From IMG/VR virus record IMGVR_UViG_3300025154_000055: a stretch of DNA of 64,000 nucleotides; one strand, given 5' to 3'. Each line of letters begins with the position of its first letter. Position 1 is the stretch's first letter. The DNA is from an uncultured virus (IMG/VR IMGVR_UViG_3300025154_000055). Its lineage: Duplodnaviria > Heunggongvirae > Uroviricota > Caudoviricetes. Shown in pieces: positions 22,100 through 34,810 of this stretch. Under the pieces are notes generated by a model. It did no database searches. It was not told where the DNA came from and was given only the letters and a program-made list of their open reading frames with translations. The translations under genes were made by a program, and so were the position numbers.

Positions 22100-23056
22100 T
22101 TAGTACCCTTCCTGTGGCGTGAGTTTGACTTCCCAATTCATGTGATTATACGCAGGCAGTGACAGTACACGCCCTGCCGTAGTGCGTTCAATCATTCCAA
22201 GATGCAGTAACCACGGCTCTACCACACTCTCAATAGTATCGCGCTCCTCATTCATCATGGAGGCAATCGCATCGACGCCACGCGGTCCACCATTAGCGCG
22301 TTCAAATAAGACGGTCAGATATTCGCGGTCTTGCTCAGTCAGTCCCTTACCGTCAATCTTGAGGGCGTTCAGCGCGTCACTGGCGACCTTACCCGTGATA
22401 GTCGTCTCCATCACCGATCCGTAGTCCACAACGCGCCGTAGCAGTTTTAGCGCCATTCTAGGAGTACCCCGCCCACGTCCGGCGACGACTTCAAGTGCCT
22501 CTGGCGTAATGTCGTACCCCATCTCGACCGACTCATTACCAAGAATCTTGGCGAGGTCTGGCGTCTTGTAGTACCGAATTTGGTACACATTTCCGAAACG
22601 CGCCCGCAAGGGGTCGGCAACCCGCGCCAACAAGGTCGTCGCGCCTACCACCGTGAAAGAGGGCAGGGGGATGCGATACGTAGCAGGAAACAGGTCGCCA
22701 AACGTCACGTCTACTACCTTGTCCTCCATAGCAAGGTATAGCGTCTCGCTCGGCTTTGCCCCTAGTCTGTGAATCTCGTCTATGAAAACAACGTCACCGT
22801 CTTTCGCTTGCATAAGCAATCCAAGTAAGTCCTGTACCGAACCAATTGCGGGGGCATTTGTCGCCAACATATTCACGCCCATCTCTTTTGCCACTAAGAG
22901 GGCTACGCTGCTTTTGCCAACACCCGGCGTGCCGTACAACAGAATGTGGTCAATCACGCCCTTGCGCTTCTTGGCGGCGTCGATGGTCACGCGCAAGTTG
23001 CTTACAAGGTCGGGTTGACCGATGAAGTTATCCAGAGAAGTCGGGCGATTAGTCAT
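22100..23056 (-). CDS. ruvB: Holliday junction branch migration helicase RuvB
   Basis: RP..LD.FIGQ, DHILLYGTPGVGKS, FIDEIHRL, LY.AMED, GATT, RGTPR, T.E.V.EP.L...G...RT..GR. Confidence 0.93.
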   Translation of the reverse strand: MTNRPTSLDNFIGQPDLVSNLRVTIDAAKKRKGVIDHILLYGTPGVGKSSVALLVAKEMGVNMLATNAPAIGSVQDLLGLLMQAKDGDVVFIDEIHRLGAKPSETLYLAMEDKVVDVTFGDLFPATYRIPLPSFTVVGATTLLARVADPLRARFGNVYQIRYYKTPDLAKILGNESVEMGYDITPEALEVVAGRGRGTPRMALKLLRRVVDYGSVMETTITGKVASDALNALKIDGKGLTEQDREYLTVLFERANGGPRGVDAIASMMNEERDTIESVVEPWLLHLGMIERTTAGRVLSLPAYNHMNWEVKLTPQEGY

Positions 23057-24005
23057 TATTCCTCAATATCCAAAAACTTAACCAGACCCGCCAGTAATGT
23101 ATTGACGTGTCCTAAGTCCCCGATATGATCCCACCCGACTTGTGCCAAGTCCACGTCATGCCCCTTCTTGGCGAATCCGTCAAGCATCTTTAGCAGTCGG
23201 CGAGTATCAATCAGGCGCGCGGCGTAGGTTTGAATTGCCTGAGTTTTGCCGTACTGCGCGAGATTAGATAAATTCTTGTCGGTAATCATGTCAGGTATCC
23301 TTTTGAGAGTTGTTCCTGTGTCATCTTGGTGTTGACTTTGTGCCAACCGGGACTAATCTTGCGAATCGCCTTAAAGTCACCGTCTAGTCTCCACATCCCC
23401 CAAACCCACCCAACAGGCGCAATAACTCTGTTAAACTTAACCATGCCATCAGGAGACACCCATGCGTAGTGGTAAACACGCTCGTGTAACTTCTGGCGAT
23501 AGAGTGTCCACATTATAACCACCACCGTTCCTGTGCCTCTTTTAGCATGGCGTCAACTGCATCGCGCAAGTCGTAATCGTAGCAGGGCAGTACGCCTTTA
23601 TCCTCAATAGCGGATACCGCGAACCATTCCCCATCAAAGGTGATTTTGATACCCAAAGTCGCCAACTTCTCTAATTGTGCCAACATGCTACGCCTCCCAC
23701 TTTGACGTGCTTCCCGTGAAATAGTATCCGTCACCACCGCCAGCGGGATACTCCGCCTTTGTGTAATATCGGTAATAGTCCCAATAGTAATCTCCAACAC
23801 TATTGCGCTTGTGGACTGCGACAAGTCCCGCGAACGTCTGCCTGTAGGACTTGACGCCCTTCGCTTTGAGAAGTTCTGGAATGGTTGCGTAGTGTACTTG
23901 TGCCATGTTGTATCTCCTTTGTCACTGTATATCCAATTTTACATCAGGAGGGAGTCACTGGGTAGTAACGAATGTCACTCGATGTGTAGATGGATGTCAC
24001 TAGAG

Positions 24006-24037
24006 TTGTCCACAGGTTATCCACAATTTTATCCACA
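24006..24037 (+). promoter_or_regulatory. three phased DnaA boxes
   Basis: TTGTCCACA 24006, TTATCCACA 24017, TTATCCACA 24029; 11-12 bp period. Confidence 0.8.
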
Positions 24038-24039
24038 GG

Positions 24040-24558
24040 TTATCTCGATTTCACGAAAATCATTCCACGATCCGCTAAGGCGTGATGCGTAGGGCAAAGA
24101 ACCGAGAGATTCGATATGGCGTTGCTGTTGTCTATCTTCCGCCCTAATATATGATGAATCTCTAGCACGTCGTCTCTTCCGCATCCCGGTATGGCGCACT
24201 TGTAGTTGTACGTCTCGTACACTTTTCTGTATGCGTCACTAAGCGGGAAAATACTACCAGATACATCTATAGATGGATTTACCTCTCCGTTTTTTGTGAA
24301 TATAAATCCGCTCCCCATGTCCATTTCGTCTGGAGTAGCAGACTTAAAATAGTACATCACTGTTGTATGATCTCTTTTGAGAAATCTTGAGATTTCAGAT
24401 ATGGACGATCCGTACTTCTTACACGCTATTGCAAAAACAACTCTTGCCGAAACTGGTCTCTTATCTCTCGACAAAGACAAAACCCAATCTCGGCTAACGT
24501 CCATTTTTGAACAGACAAACTCCATCGCTTCTTCCATCGTGTTATTCATGTTATCCAC
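24040..24558 (-). CDS. DnaA domain-IV-like HTH fused to HNH nuclease
   Basis: AR......K..G.S..EI.R...RDHTTVMY signature, then KCAIPGCG...LEIHHI......N...NL..LCP.HH. Confidence 0.75.
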   Translation of the reverse strand: MDNMNNTMEEAMEFVCSKMDVSRDWVLSLSRDKRPVSARVVFAIACKKYGSSISEISRFLKRDHTTVMYYFKSATPDEMDMGSGFIFTKNGEVNPSIDVSGSIFPLSDAYRKVYETYNYKCAIPGCGRDDVLEIHHILGRKIDNSNAISNLSVLCPTHHALADRGMIFVKSR

Positions 24559-24606
24559 CTATGTATAAGATATACACATTGTAGTGGATAATTAGAGATA
24601 TGTCAA
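24551..24606 (-). promoter_or_regulatory. sigma70 promoter TTGACA-17-TACAAT overlapped by two DnaA-box-like sites
   Basis: -35 at 24601-24606, -10 at 24578-24583; boxes at 24551-24559 and 24583-24591, one mismatch each. Confidence 0.7.
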
Positions 24607-26147
24607 CTACTACTATCGACCGACTTTTTAGAACCACAACCCAAGTAGTACAGGTAAGTGGCAATAACGGTAATCTCAAATGGCGTCATCTCGGTATTGT
24701 CTTTGTTCATGGCGCTCATCAGTGTGTTTAGAACAACGCCAGAGGTCAGAACGAATGGTTTGTTTACCTCTTGAATCACTTCAAGAGCACTTTCAAAGGC
24801 GTCATTGTCTACAGTTTTCATGCTACACCTCCTTAAAGTCCTGAAACGCCCACTCTACCCACGCTTCGTACATCGACTGCCGCGCCACGGGGTCTGAGGG
24901 CATGTCTACGCCCTGTTCACGATACCACGCCTCTGCGTGTTGCGCTAAAGTCATCGAATCGGCGTTCATAGGTTATTCACCAGAACGGTATTCTTGTAGT
25001 CACGCTTGCGCTTGCCTTCTAAATATCCCTTCTTAAAGACGCAAGCATCAAACCGATCCGCCATGAGCTGACGCAACTCGATACCGTCCCATTCTTTAGG
25101 GATTCTGCCTTCGTCAACGTCGGCGTACAGTTCCGCCAGGACGTTCTTACCCAAATCTCTCACGAATGCCTTTTGCTCTTTAGCGTTCATGTCGTTCTCC
25201 TTCGTGTGTGATACTGCTATGATACAACACTCTCAGACTGCGCCATAGTGACGGAAGTCATGACTTTCGGGTGACACTCTTCTCGATCTGATCTCCAAGC
25301 ATGAATAGAAACGCGCCAAGCATGTTGAATAGGAGCATAATAGCGCCCGTGATACCGCTCATATTTGCGTCCCATACTGGAGAAACGATAATCATCAGGG
25401 ACAGTCCTAGTTTCTCGTAAATGTTCATTCCGTCACCGTCCTTTCATATCCCGCCATCTCACCAGCGCGATTCTCCAGGAGGGTGAAATCCTCTTGAGAT
25501 AACACCTTGCGGCAGTTCCCGTCGATATTCCTGAGCATGTGGAACAGAACGGAACCGGCACTAAATCGGCAAGTCGGGCGATCAAAACTGGCGTGGTAGT
25601 CCTTAACGCTATCCACAATGGAGCAATCTTTTGCAATCAGACGGGCGTCCACTAAGTACCGATTGTCGTCTACGCGCCCGTTCCGACGAATCTGAAATGA
25701 ATAACCACGGGGCAGGGGGTATTTCATGATTCTTTGTCCTCGTCTTTCGGGTATTCCGGGGTAGAACTACCGCAATAAGTGCAGCAATACCCCTGAACGG
25801 TCGGAGCGCCACACTTTTTACAGGCATAGATATGCGGTGCAAAGTTGCGCGCAAGGCGATCCCATTCCTCGGTATACGATTTGATCGGGTAAACTTTTTC
25901 TGTCATATCGCGCCTCCGTTTTCAATCTTGTTTCATTCTACACCCGATCCGTACTGGAAACGAGTGGAGAATGTCATGTGTTCTATGGATGAATGTCACT
26001 ATCCCAACCACGGCCCATGACTACCCGATCCGCCCTTGTCCTTTGGGGGTTTGTGAGTAGGGGCAGTGAGGATTTGATACAACACCCACGGGATAAACCA
26101 GATAGGCGATGTGAGAATCAGAAAAAGTGTTCGCATGTATCCCTCCG

Positions 26148-26174
26148 AACCTCTCTAGCGGCAGGTTTACATAA
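26148..26174 (+). repeat. 27-bp junction motif copy
   Basis: AACCTCTCTA GCGGCA GGTTTACATAA; 2 bp from stop at 26177. Confidence 0.85.
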
Positions 26175-29165
26175 TGTCAGTCGGGGCTATAGTGTGCCTT
26201 GACGTATTCTGAGACTTGTTCGGGCGTAATCTCGACGTGCTCCGAGAAATTATCTACAATTTCATACTGCGTCTCAACAATAGCGGACTGCATACGCTCT
26301 TCTGGCGTATCACCCTCAACCAATCCGGCGTTTACCACATAATCTAGCGCCGTCCATAATGGCGAGGGGTTGCGTCGTTCTGGGTCAATGTTGTAGGCAT
26401 ACATGTTCTATTCCTTAAAGGCGTTCTCAAACGCACTTCCTACTTTTTGTGCATCCCGCTTACCATTAGAATACATGGCGATAAGTGATCCGCGAATGAC
26501 GTTCACTGCGCCGTGAATATCGCCTTTAAGGGCAACCATCATGGCCGCTTCTGTGAGAGTTTTGATCTCTTCGCTTCGATTCTTGGGTACACATTCAAAA
26601 TCCTCTTGCGGTACTGCCAAAATAATCTCTTGTGCGCTCTGTGCCGTGTCCATGTCCGTCTCCTTGAATGTGATATGCTACCATTGTACCCGTTCTGGCG
26701 ATCCCGTAACAGTGATGAGTGTCACGTTTTTGGCATGACACCCATCACGTTCCGAATCAGGCGACTACATCTGCCAAGAATTCATCTTCAAAGTATCCCG
26801 TATCGATATTTTCCTCCCAGTCCGGTGAATCGCTCAAATCCTCGTCGCTGAATTGGGGCAAGGGGACGATAATACTGCGCGGGTGCATGTACAGATTGCC
26901 GATGCTATTATCCCAAAGCACGCGCCAAGTACCGTCATCGAAAATCTCAACCGAGTAGCCCGATCCGCCCCATCCAGCTTTTGTGGCAGATACGATACCC
27001 TTTGCAAAATCGAGCGAATTCACAAACTTTTTTGCCGTGTCCAAGTATGTCATTTCAATTCCTCCGAGAGAGATTTACCCTTGCGGGCTATCCCCTGATC
27101 GGGATTCTGAGATTATGATACCACTTCCGCCCCTACCGTAACAGTGTCAGATGTCACGGGTTAGGGCGATGAATGTCACTTTGCCATACGTTCGCCTATC
27201 ATAAACTTGACCCATCGTGCCGCCTGGACAATCGACTTGAAGTTGGCGATGTTTTCACCGTCCGCGTAAACTCCGTGAGTGTACCCATCTGCCGCCATGT
27301 CAGCATTGCCAATCTTTTCTGGCGGAGGGGCGATGGTATACGCAGGTTGATTGAAAGTCGGGTGCTGGTACAGGACGCGCTTAGTCTGAACGTCCATAAT
27401 CTTGACGATGCAATCATCCAGCACTGCGCCGCCGCCCAAACTGCGACTATTGGCAATCATCAGAGGGATTTGGTACTTGCCCGTACTGCGTCCAATCGCG
27501 CCGATGGTATTGTACTCGTCACCCCAACACTTTCCGGTGACTTTATCGCCATAAAAGACACGCAACCGACGATCCGCGTGATAATATCGGTCAAGCACGG
27601 CGACCACATCATCGGGGGTATTGACGCTGTAGCTGATACCTGTCAGTGTGCTTTTCTTGTAATCGGTCATTGTGTGTTCTCCTTGTGAAGTTATACTGCT
27701 ATCATACTACTTTGCGGGGGTGTTTCGTAGTGTCAAATGTCGCTCTTTCGGGGTGCTATCTGTCATGTTGCGAATCTCTTGCGCCATCTCGATAGACTTC
27801 ATCGCGCCCCACCACCAGCGGGTAGGCGACTTGCGCGTACTACCATCGGGGGCAACAAATCCGCCATGCCAATCTGCCCGCCATCCCGCATCAAAAGCGG
27901 CATAGATTAGGTCCCCAAGATTCTGGTGAGGTTCGGAAGTGGTGACGATAGCGATTGCCACTTTTAGGTCTACGGCAATATGACCCTTGCCAGCACTTTC
28001 AAGAATAGCACAATCCTCATTACATCGCCGCGTCGTTTCGCTTGACGGTTCGCACAGCCACGTTTGCGCGTCACTGTTTCGCATCGCGGCCATTAGAGCA
28101 AACTTGCGGGGTGCTGAAAAGTTGACACTGCGCTTCATGGGTTGCCTCTTGTGTGAAGTGATACCGCTATCTTATCATGCCCTGACCTCTGGCGATACTG
28201 AGGATCGTCATGTTTCGGGGGTGACGTTTGTCACGTCCACAGTTGCCGTACAATCTGGCGATACTCAACCGCGATAGGCATATCCTGTAATGCCTCTGGC
28301 GTCACGCCCTTGTATGCCTTACTGCGCGTCTCAGCCTCAATCTCGCGTGCTCTGGCGATCAACTTATCCCGTGCCTCTTCTCGGTCTCGTCTGGCGTATT
28401 CCTCAGCATTATGGCGACGATTGCACGCCTCACAATGCACGGGGTATGATCCGCCTAAAGCATCCGCCCGAACAACCCATTTGAACCCCTTACCGCCACA
28501 CTCCGCGCAATCATCAAATGCGGTATAGCGTTCTCGATCACGTCGCCATGAGGGGCAATGGGGCGGGTACTCTTTGAGCTTAGCGCTATCGGGGTAGACT
28601 TCGATAATCGTTACTTCAGCGTTTTGGCAGGAGTAGCACAAACCCGTATAAGTGCCCATGTACAATTCTGCGGGGCGATCATATGATGGGTCATCTGCCG
28701 TGCCGTGATTCGTGCCGCCTAGTACCGCACTGCATTGTTTGCAGAAATGAACGGGGTAAAATCCAGAAAAGCGTGTCATTTTGCCCACCCTCCGAACGGT
28801 CGCGCCAATCGCTTGACCAGGCGAACGTTATACCCTACGCTTTTCAACTCTGCGATCAGGTCTTGCGCCTCTTGTGATTCTAGGTCGGCGGGTTTTGTCC
28901 CCTGATAATACTCTAAACTTGCCTCAGCATGTTGTCCGACATGGGCGTAACACATCACCATTCCGGGATTAACAAACGCATCGGGCAGAAACGCCTCAAC
29001 ACCCGTTGCCCCGTCTTTGTCACGATACTGACGAATAATCACACGATCCATGTTTTGTGCGTTCATGTTTGCGCCTCTTTCCTGAAGATGATTACAGTAT
29101 ACCCGACTTGCGAGGGTGAATCGAGTGTCAAATGTCACTCTAAAACGCGATGAATGTAATGTTGC

Positions 29166-29446
29166 CAGATTGGGTGCTTTTGGTGGGGGGTTATCAATTG
29201 TCAAATTATACGCTCTGCGTTGTCTAGTCCGCATCGCCTCAGACTGCTGCCACCTAACCCCAGTGCCTTTACGGAGCGTTCCTAGACAGAGCGCTTGGCC
29301 GACTTTCACGCACCTTCTGGGGGATTATGACAGGATACTCCCTCCCCAAAAACACCCAATCCGTTTACTAAGATAATCATCCGAGTGTATCCCGTCCTTC
29401 GTGTTCACTCTATCGGGTTTTATCGAAGAGACGATTATCTTTGTGT
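29166..29446 (-). ncRNA. structured non-coding RNA, raiA-motif-like core
   Basis: Own promoter (-10 at 29453-29458), several long-range complementary segments, no credible ORF. Confidence 0.6.
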
Positions 29447-30693
29447 GATTATATTGTATTACAAATGCAGTATATCATCTAGTGCCAAATGTCACCCTGA
29501 TCCGCGATGAATGTCACGACTTGCAATAGTCCTCAGTGCGAATAGTGTAATAGGGCAGGGCGTTACCCTCGATATAATGCACAATGCCCTTTACCATTCC
29601 AGTCTTATTGTACCCCTCTGCGATGCGTTCCGCGCTGAAGTAGTCCGTTGCCTAAAAATAGGTGTAAATCTCGTCGTCTGTCATCTTTCCAGACCAGAAA
29701 ATCAGACCGTATCGGTGTAGTGATTCGCTCATTCTGTTACCTCCAAGTCTTGAGGGTCATAATCTGGCATAACACGGATCGGCGTGTTGCGATTCTTGCG
29801 GATACTGGCGCGTACTACATTTTCAGGCACGGGAACGGTCAACCTATCGCACAAATGACGACATAGCGCCTCAGTACAACCCCGTGGTAGGGTTGTCGCC
29901 TTAATTGCCCCACAAGCACGGTATAATGCCCCGTTCCGAGCTGATACGCTTGCGCCCTCTGGTATCTGGCGAATAGAGGCGATCAAGTCCTCTTTAATAG
30001 GAGAGGGCAGGGGGATGGTTTGCAGTCGGGCGAGTACACGGTCAATCATTTTATGCCTCTTTCGGTTTGCGCGTACCACAATCGAACAATGTTCCAACCG
30101 CCACATGCCCATATTCGCCCTCTAACGCTTTTTGACTCGCCTCTGCGCTATCTTTGGCGAGAATGATTTTTGACTTTTCGTACAGGGTGTAATATTCTTG
30201 ACTCGTCAGGATGACAATATACCATTTCATGCTGTGCCTCACTTCTGGCGGGGACTATAGCGATCCCCGTTTAGGGTCTTGGGGTTGATTGCCCCGCTCT
30301 GGCGATTGACGATCAAAAAGTCGTTGCCATTATACGGGCGTAGGGCGTACTTATCATGCCAACGTCGCGCAAGGTCGGCCATGTGTGATTTGCCATGTCT
30401 GGCGACAGTTGCCCTACCGCCTAGCGATCCCGATTCGCGTTTAGTCACTGCGCTACCACCCCTTGATCGCCCGCTCAATTTTCGCCTTGACGGTATACGT
30501 TTCGCCACTGAAGCAATGATAACCGTTCGGCATGTTCGCCTTAAAGTTATCATCGGGCCAGAATTCGCCATACTTGCGCTGTAATGCTTTGATGCAGTGC
30601 CATCGCCCGATCTTCACCCCGTCAAGGTAAAAATCGCACGCCTCAACCGTTCCGAAACTGCTATCATACATTGCGCCATGTGTTACCATTTAT

Positions 30694-30720
30694 CACCTCT
30701 CTAGCGATAACTTAACATAA
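30694..30720 (+). repeat. 27-bp junction motif copy
   Basis: CACCTCTCTA GCGATA ACTTAACATAA; abuts stop at 30721. Confidence 0.85.
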
Positions 30721-32180
30721 CTAATTATCGCTATTGCGTTTCATGGTCAACCGCTCGATCTTCGCCGCTTGCGCCTGGTCTAGCGCCACTGACGCCCGCT
30801 CTAATGTTTCGGTGTCCCATGTGTCAATGTTGGGGTCAATACCAGCGTTCACTAAAGCTGATACCTCTTCATTGTGAGACAGGCGATACAAAAACTGTGA
30901 TTGCTCAAAAGTCATGGCGATCCTCTTTTGTGGTAGGGGGCTAGTCTGGCGACATTGCCCCCGATGGTTGTCTACTTATTGACGATCTGGACTTGATCCC
31001 CGAACAGCTCTAGCATATCCGCTTCAAACTCTGCCATAAGAGCGGTCAAGCGGGCGATCAATTTCGCCTTTAGCTCTTCGCGGGGCAAACTCAGCTCTTC
31101 ATCGGACGCATTGGGCCAGACTGCGGTTCGGCGGGCCGCTTCAAGGTCTCGATCTTTCCCCTCGCCAATGCGGTACAGTGGTCGCCATTCTAAGCGCGGG
31201 GCGACTTCTGGCGCGTTTTCGCCATCGGCGTTATGCTCTAGAATGAAGAGCGGGACTGTTTCAGATTCTCGGTACTTGTCGCCCGTGGGCGTGCTAGAGA
31301 TTTTAACACCCTCCGCATTGACGGCGACCAGTTCCCAGCGGGGCAACTTAGTGCGACCATTGACGATCTGGCGTTTCTCTCCTGCGCGCAGTCCGTTATA
31401 ATCGCAATCGCCCGCGTGGTATAGCGTGTTCGCCAAGTAGTGCATCGGGCCACTACCGACGTTTACCAAATGCCACTTAACATACTTCGCCAAGTGGGGG
31501 AAATTGGCGGTAATGGCGTCATGGTCGCATCCGCCGCCGTCGTCAACCCATTGACCCTTGCCGTGTTTGTCCGCGTATCGGTCAACCGTTGCGCTAAAAT
31601 ACGCGCCCTGCCCCAAATCGTGCAAAACCATCTTGGCGACGACTTTATAAGCCTTGTTAAACGTATCGCCGGGGAGGACTTTTGAGCCCGTGAATTTAGC
31701 GATTGTCTTATCCATTTTGTGATCTCCTTGTGCGTTTGTCTATGATGACAGTATATCAGTTCTGGTGATGCGTCTCAAGTGACTTTCGTCATGTGATCCG
31801 GCGACGATTGTCACCCGTTGCGCGATTCTGCCAGGGCAATAAAACCCGCGTACTCTGGCGAATCAGGCGATACACCATACATGCAACCGTCAACACTACA
31901 CCACACGGCGCAACCCTCACGGCGCGGCATGGTGACGTGATAATAGCGCCTCAATTCGTCTATGCCCTCCTCAAGAGAGAATACAACGCCCTCCCAAGTG
32001 GTACGCTTTGCGCCCTCGTTTACTGCCCGCTTGAATGTTTCGATTAGTTCTGGCGTCATGGCGATTAGTCCTCTGGGTGGTTCTCTGCGCAATAGTTTTC
32101 TAGATCATTCGCCGCATCGAACGTTAAGATCATGCGGACGCCATCGATAAACGCTTGCGCCTAAGCACGCCCACATTTGC

Positions 32181-32207
32181 GACCTCTCTATGGGTAGGTT
32201 GGCATAA
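32181..32207 (+). repeat. 27-bp junction motif copy
   Basis: GACCTCTCTA TGGGTA GGTTGGCATAA; near stop at 32214. Confidence 0.8.
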
Positions 32208-34387
32208 CGTCAACTAAACTTCTTTCACATCCGACAAGGGCAAGCCGTAGCATGACCAGTTATCGCCTCTCACGTCACAATCTATCATCCCGTGACGTGT
32301 CATCACGCCCTCGCGGTATTCTGGCGGTACTCGATCGTGTACTTGCGCCAATGTGCGAGGGATGCGGGCGATCACTTTGACCTGTTTAGTTGTGGGCATG
32401 GTAGTCATTCCCTCTTCTCCCGTGTTTTGTCCGCGTGGTACTCTGCCGACCCTGCCACAAACCCCCTAGCAAAATCAACACCCCTAGATTCTACGCTTTC
32501 AGGAGACCACGCCCTAGCGACGTGCTCGACCCCAGCGATAACGGAGGGTAGGGGGTTTGCCTTGACTAGCTCAGCGGTATAACCTGCCCATTCGCCCCGC
32601 TCAAACTCCGCTACCTTGTCATATTGATCGGACATTATAAAACCCCCACTAACACGCTTAAGCACTTCACAAACGCCCGATCATACCCGATAGACCTCAG
32701 CGCATAGAGTACCGCTGATAATTCGCGCTTGGCCGCTTTGCGTGACGTTGCGCCTTTGGGCGTGTTGATTGATGACTGGTACTTGGCGACGATGTATCCC
32801 GCTAATTTTTCCATTATGCACACTCCTCGATCTTTTCACGCCGAACAATCATTTGATACGGGTACTCTGGCGCGTTCTGGCGATACGCCCTCAATTGTTC
32901 ACGCCCAGCCTTGCGGCTATCCTCTTCTACCACATCCTCCCACCCGTAACCGGAAGTATAATACCCTTGAATAACAAAAACGTCGCGCGTCTTGCGTTTG
33001 TATGCCATGTTATGACCTCACAGTGAATTGACCAACCGTGTTACCGTTTGCGTCGCGTAAATTGGCGACCTCACCGGAATGTATATCAACTTCATCCCGT
33101 TCTAACCTGGCAACGAGTACCCGCAAAATGCGCGCCGTTTCGCCGTTCATACTGCCTTGAAAGGCGTCATTGTCGGTGTTGATCGTGATTGTGATCCCCA
33201 TTGTATACCCCTTGCGTGATTGCTTAACTATAATAACTATACACCGATTGTGCCGTGCAGTCACGTGACATTGTACACGTTTCGGGCGTGACATATGTCA
33301 TGTTTAGAATAACTGGCGACAAGAACACGTTGCAGAATCGCACAACTTAGCGCCACCCTCGCGGGCAATCTCTAGCGCTTGTGCAATCGTCTCAATCTTG
33401 CGCCCGTGGTATGCTAGGCCGTCAGGTTGTACACGTCCTGCCATAACATCACTAGCGGTAGGCTTGCGCCCTTCAAGGCAGGTACTAGGCACACTGCCCA
33501 CAAATGAGAAGTTATACCCCTCCGCGTGCCCTTGCGGGTTTGCCATAATGTGAGTGATTTCACCAAAATTGAACATTGTTTTACCCCTTAATGGTATACT
33601 ACGATGATAACACGCGGGTACTTCTGGCGATAGTGACGATCATCACCCCCTTCAGGCGACAATCGTCATGCCTTGATCGGGCGTTTGTCTTTGTACTCGT
33701 CAAGCCAATGGCGGGCGATACCATCCGCCATCGGGCGGTATTTATAGTCCTGGTCACTCATCCGCCAACTATCCCGCCATGCCCACCAAAAGCCGTGACT
33801 GTCAGCATACCCGAACGATTCGCGGTATTGCTTGCCCGCTAACGTCAAGGCGATTGCGCCCACTTTATTGACGGTCATTAGACCAAAGTCGGCCAGTTCT
33901 GCCGCTAACACATCGATCAACCATTGCGGGATATGGTACGACTGCGCTTCATCCTTGCGCCCAGCACTGGTCAACCCACCCCACAACCGGATAAAAGCCG
34001 ACTGCAAGTCGTTCAAGGTAGGCTTGTCGCCCGATTCTAGCATCTTAGGCGAATCGTTGGGGGTGACATGGAACACTAACCCCAGGTCATGCCCACAGAA
34101 GATCACATGCTCAACACACACAAACCCATCGGGGAGCATAACCCGGTCGGCATTGTCGATTGGCCGATCATACATGCTCTGAGCGGGTACGGGTAACACC
34201 TTAACGGTCGGGTACTCGCGCATGTCCAAAAACACAAAATAATTCCGACTACCACCCTCCCAACTTGATCGCACGTCCAGCGGGCAGGTTTGCGTCACTA
34301 CGCGGTACTTTCGCCCGCTATAGTCCGGGTACGCAATTCGTGCTACACTCTTCATGAGTTCATCCGGCTTGACTGTGGTCATTGTGA

Positions 34388-34810
34388 TCACTCCTGATAA
34401 AACCCGGTTACGGGAATACCGTTATAATCAGTCTTGTCATCACGGTATAGATAGATTTTAACCATGTCCGCGCTACACTCGCGGGTTATAGCGTCTTGTA
34501 CCGAATCTACCGTTATACCCGTAGAGATCAGGTCATCCACAAACGCATAGGCGCTAAACTTCTCGCCATACTCTACACTATACATGCTATGAGTCCCGTC
34601 ATTTGGCTTGCGGACAATGATCAGCGGGAGACCAGTCGAAACCGCCAACGCCCCACCAATAACTGCCCCACTAATGCCCCGTACCGCTATGGCGTCAATC
34701 CTAACGCCCAACACCATATCAGACAGGATAGAATCACCAATCTTTCGGATAACCTCACGCATAACGGCAGGGTCAACACACGCTGACAACCAACTGGCAT
34801 GATGAGACAT
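34388..34810 (-). CDS. type I phosphoribosyltransferase
   Basis: PRPP-binding motif FVDDLISTGIT; IIVRK. Confidence 0.8.
   Translation of the reverse strand: MSHHASWLSACVDPAVMREVIRKIGDSILSDMVLGVRIDAIAVRGISGAVIGGALAVSTGLPLIIVRKPNDGTHSMYSVEYGEKFSAYAFVDDLISTGITVDSVQDAITRECSADMVKIYLYRDDKTDYNGIPVTGFYQE

Larger units (their letters stand above)
24603..34391 (-). other. large block of small early-type hypothetical genes, many with their own promoter
   Basis: Over 25 short minus-strand ORFs with GGAG/GAGG RBS, e.g. 24966-25190, 26757-27053, 27176-27670, 28231-28788, 28776-29066, 30972-31715, 33304-33576, 33666-34391. Confidence 0.7.

Noticed and set aside
29067..29309. 5' extension of ORF 28776-29309
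   Set aside because: ATG at 29066 has its own RBS and promoter; the extension runs through promoter boxes and the structured RNA.
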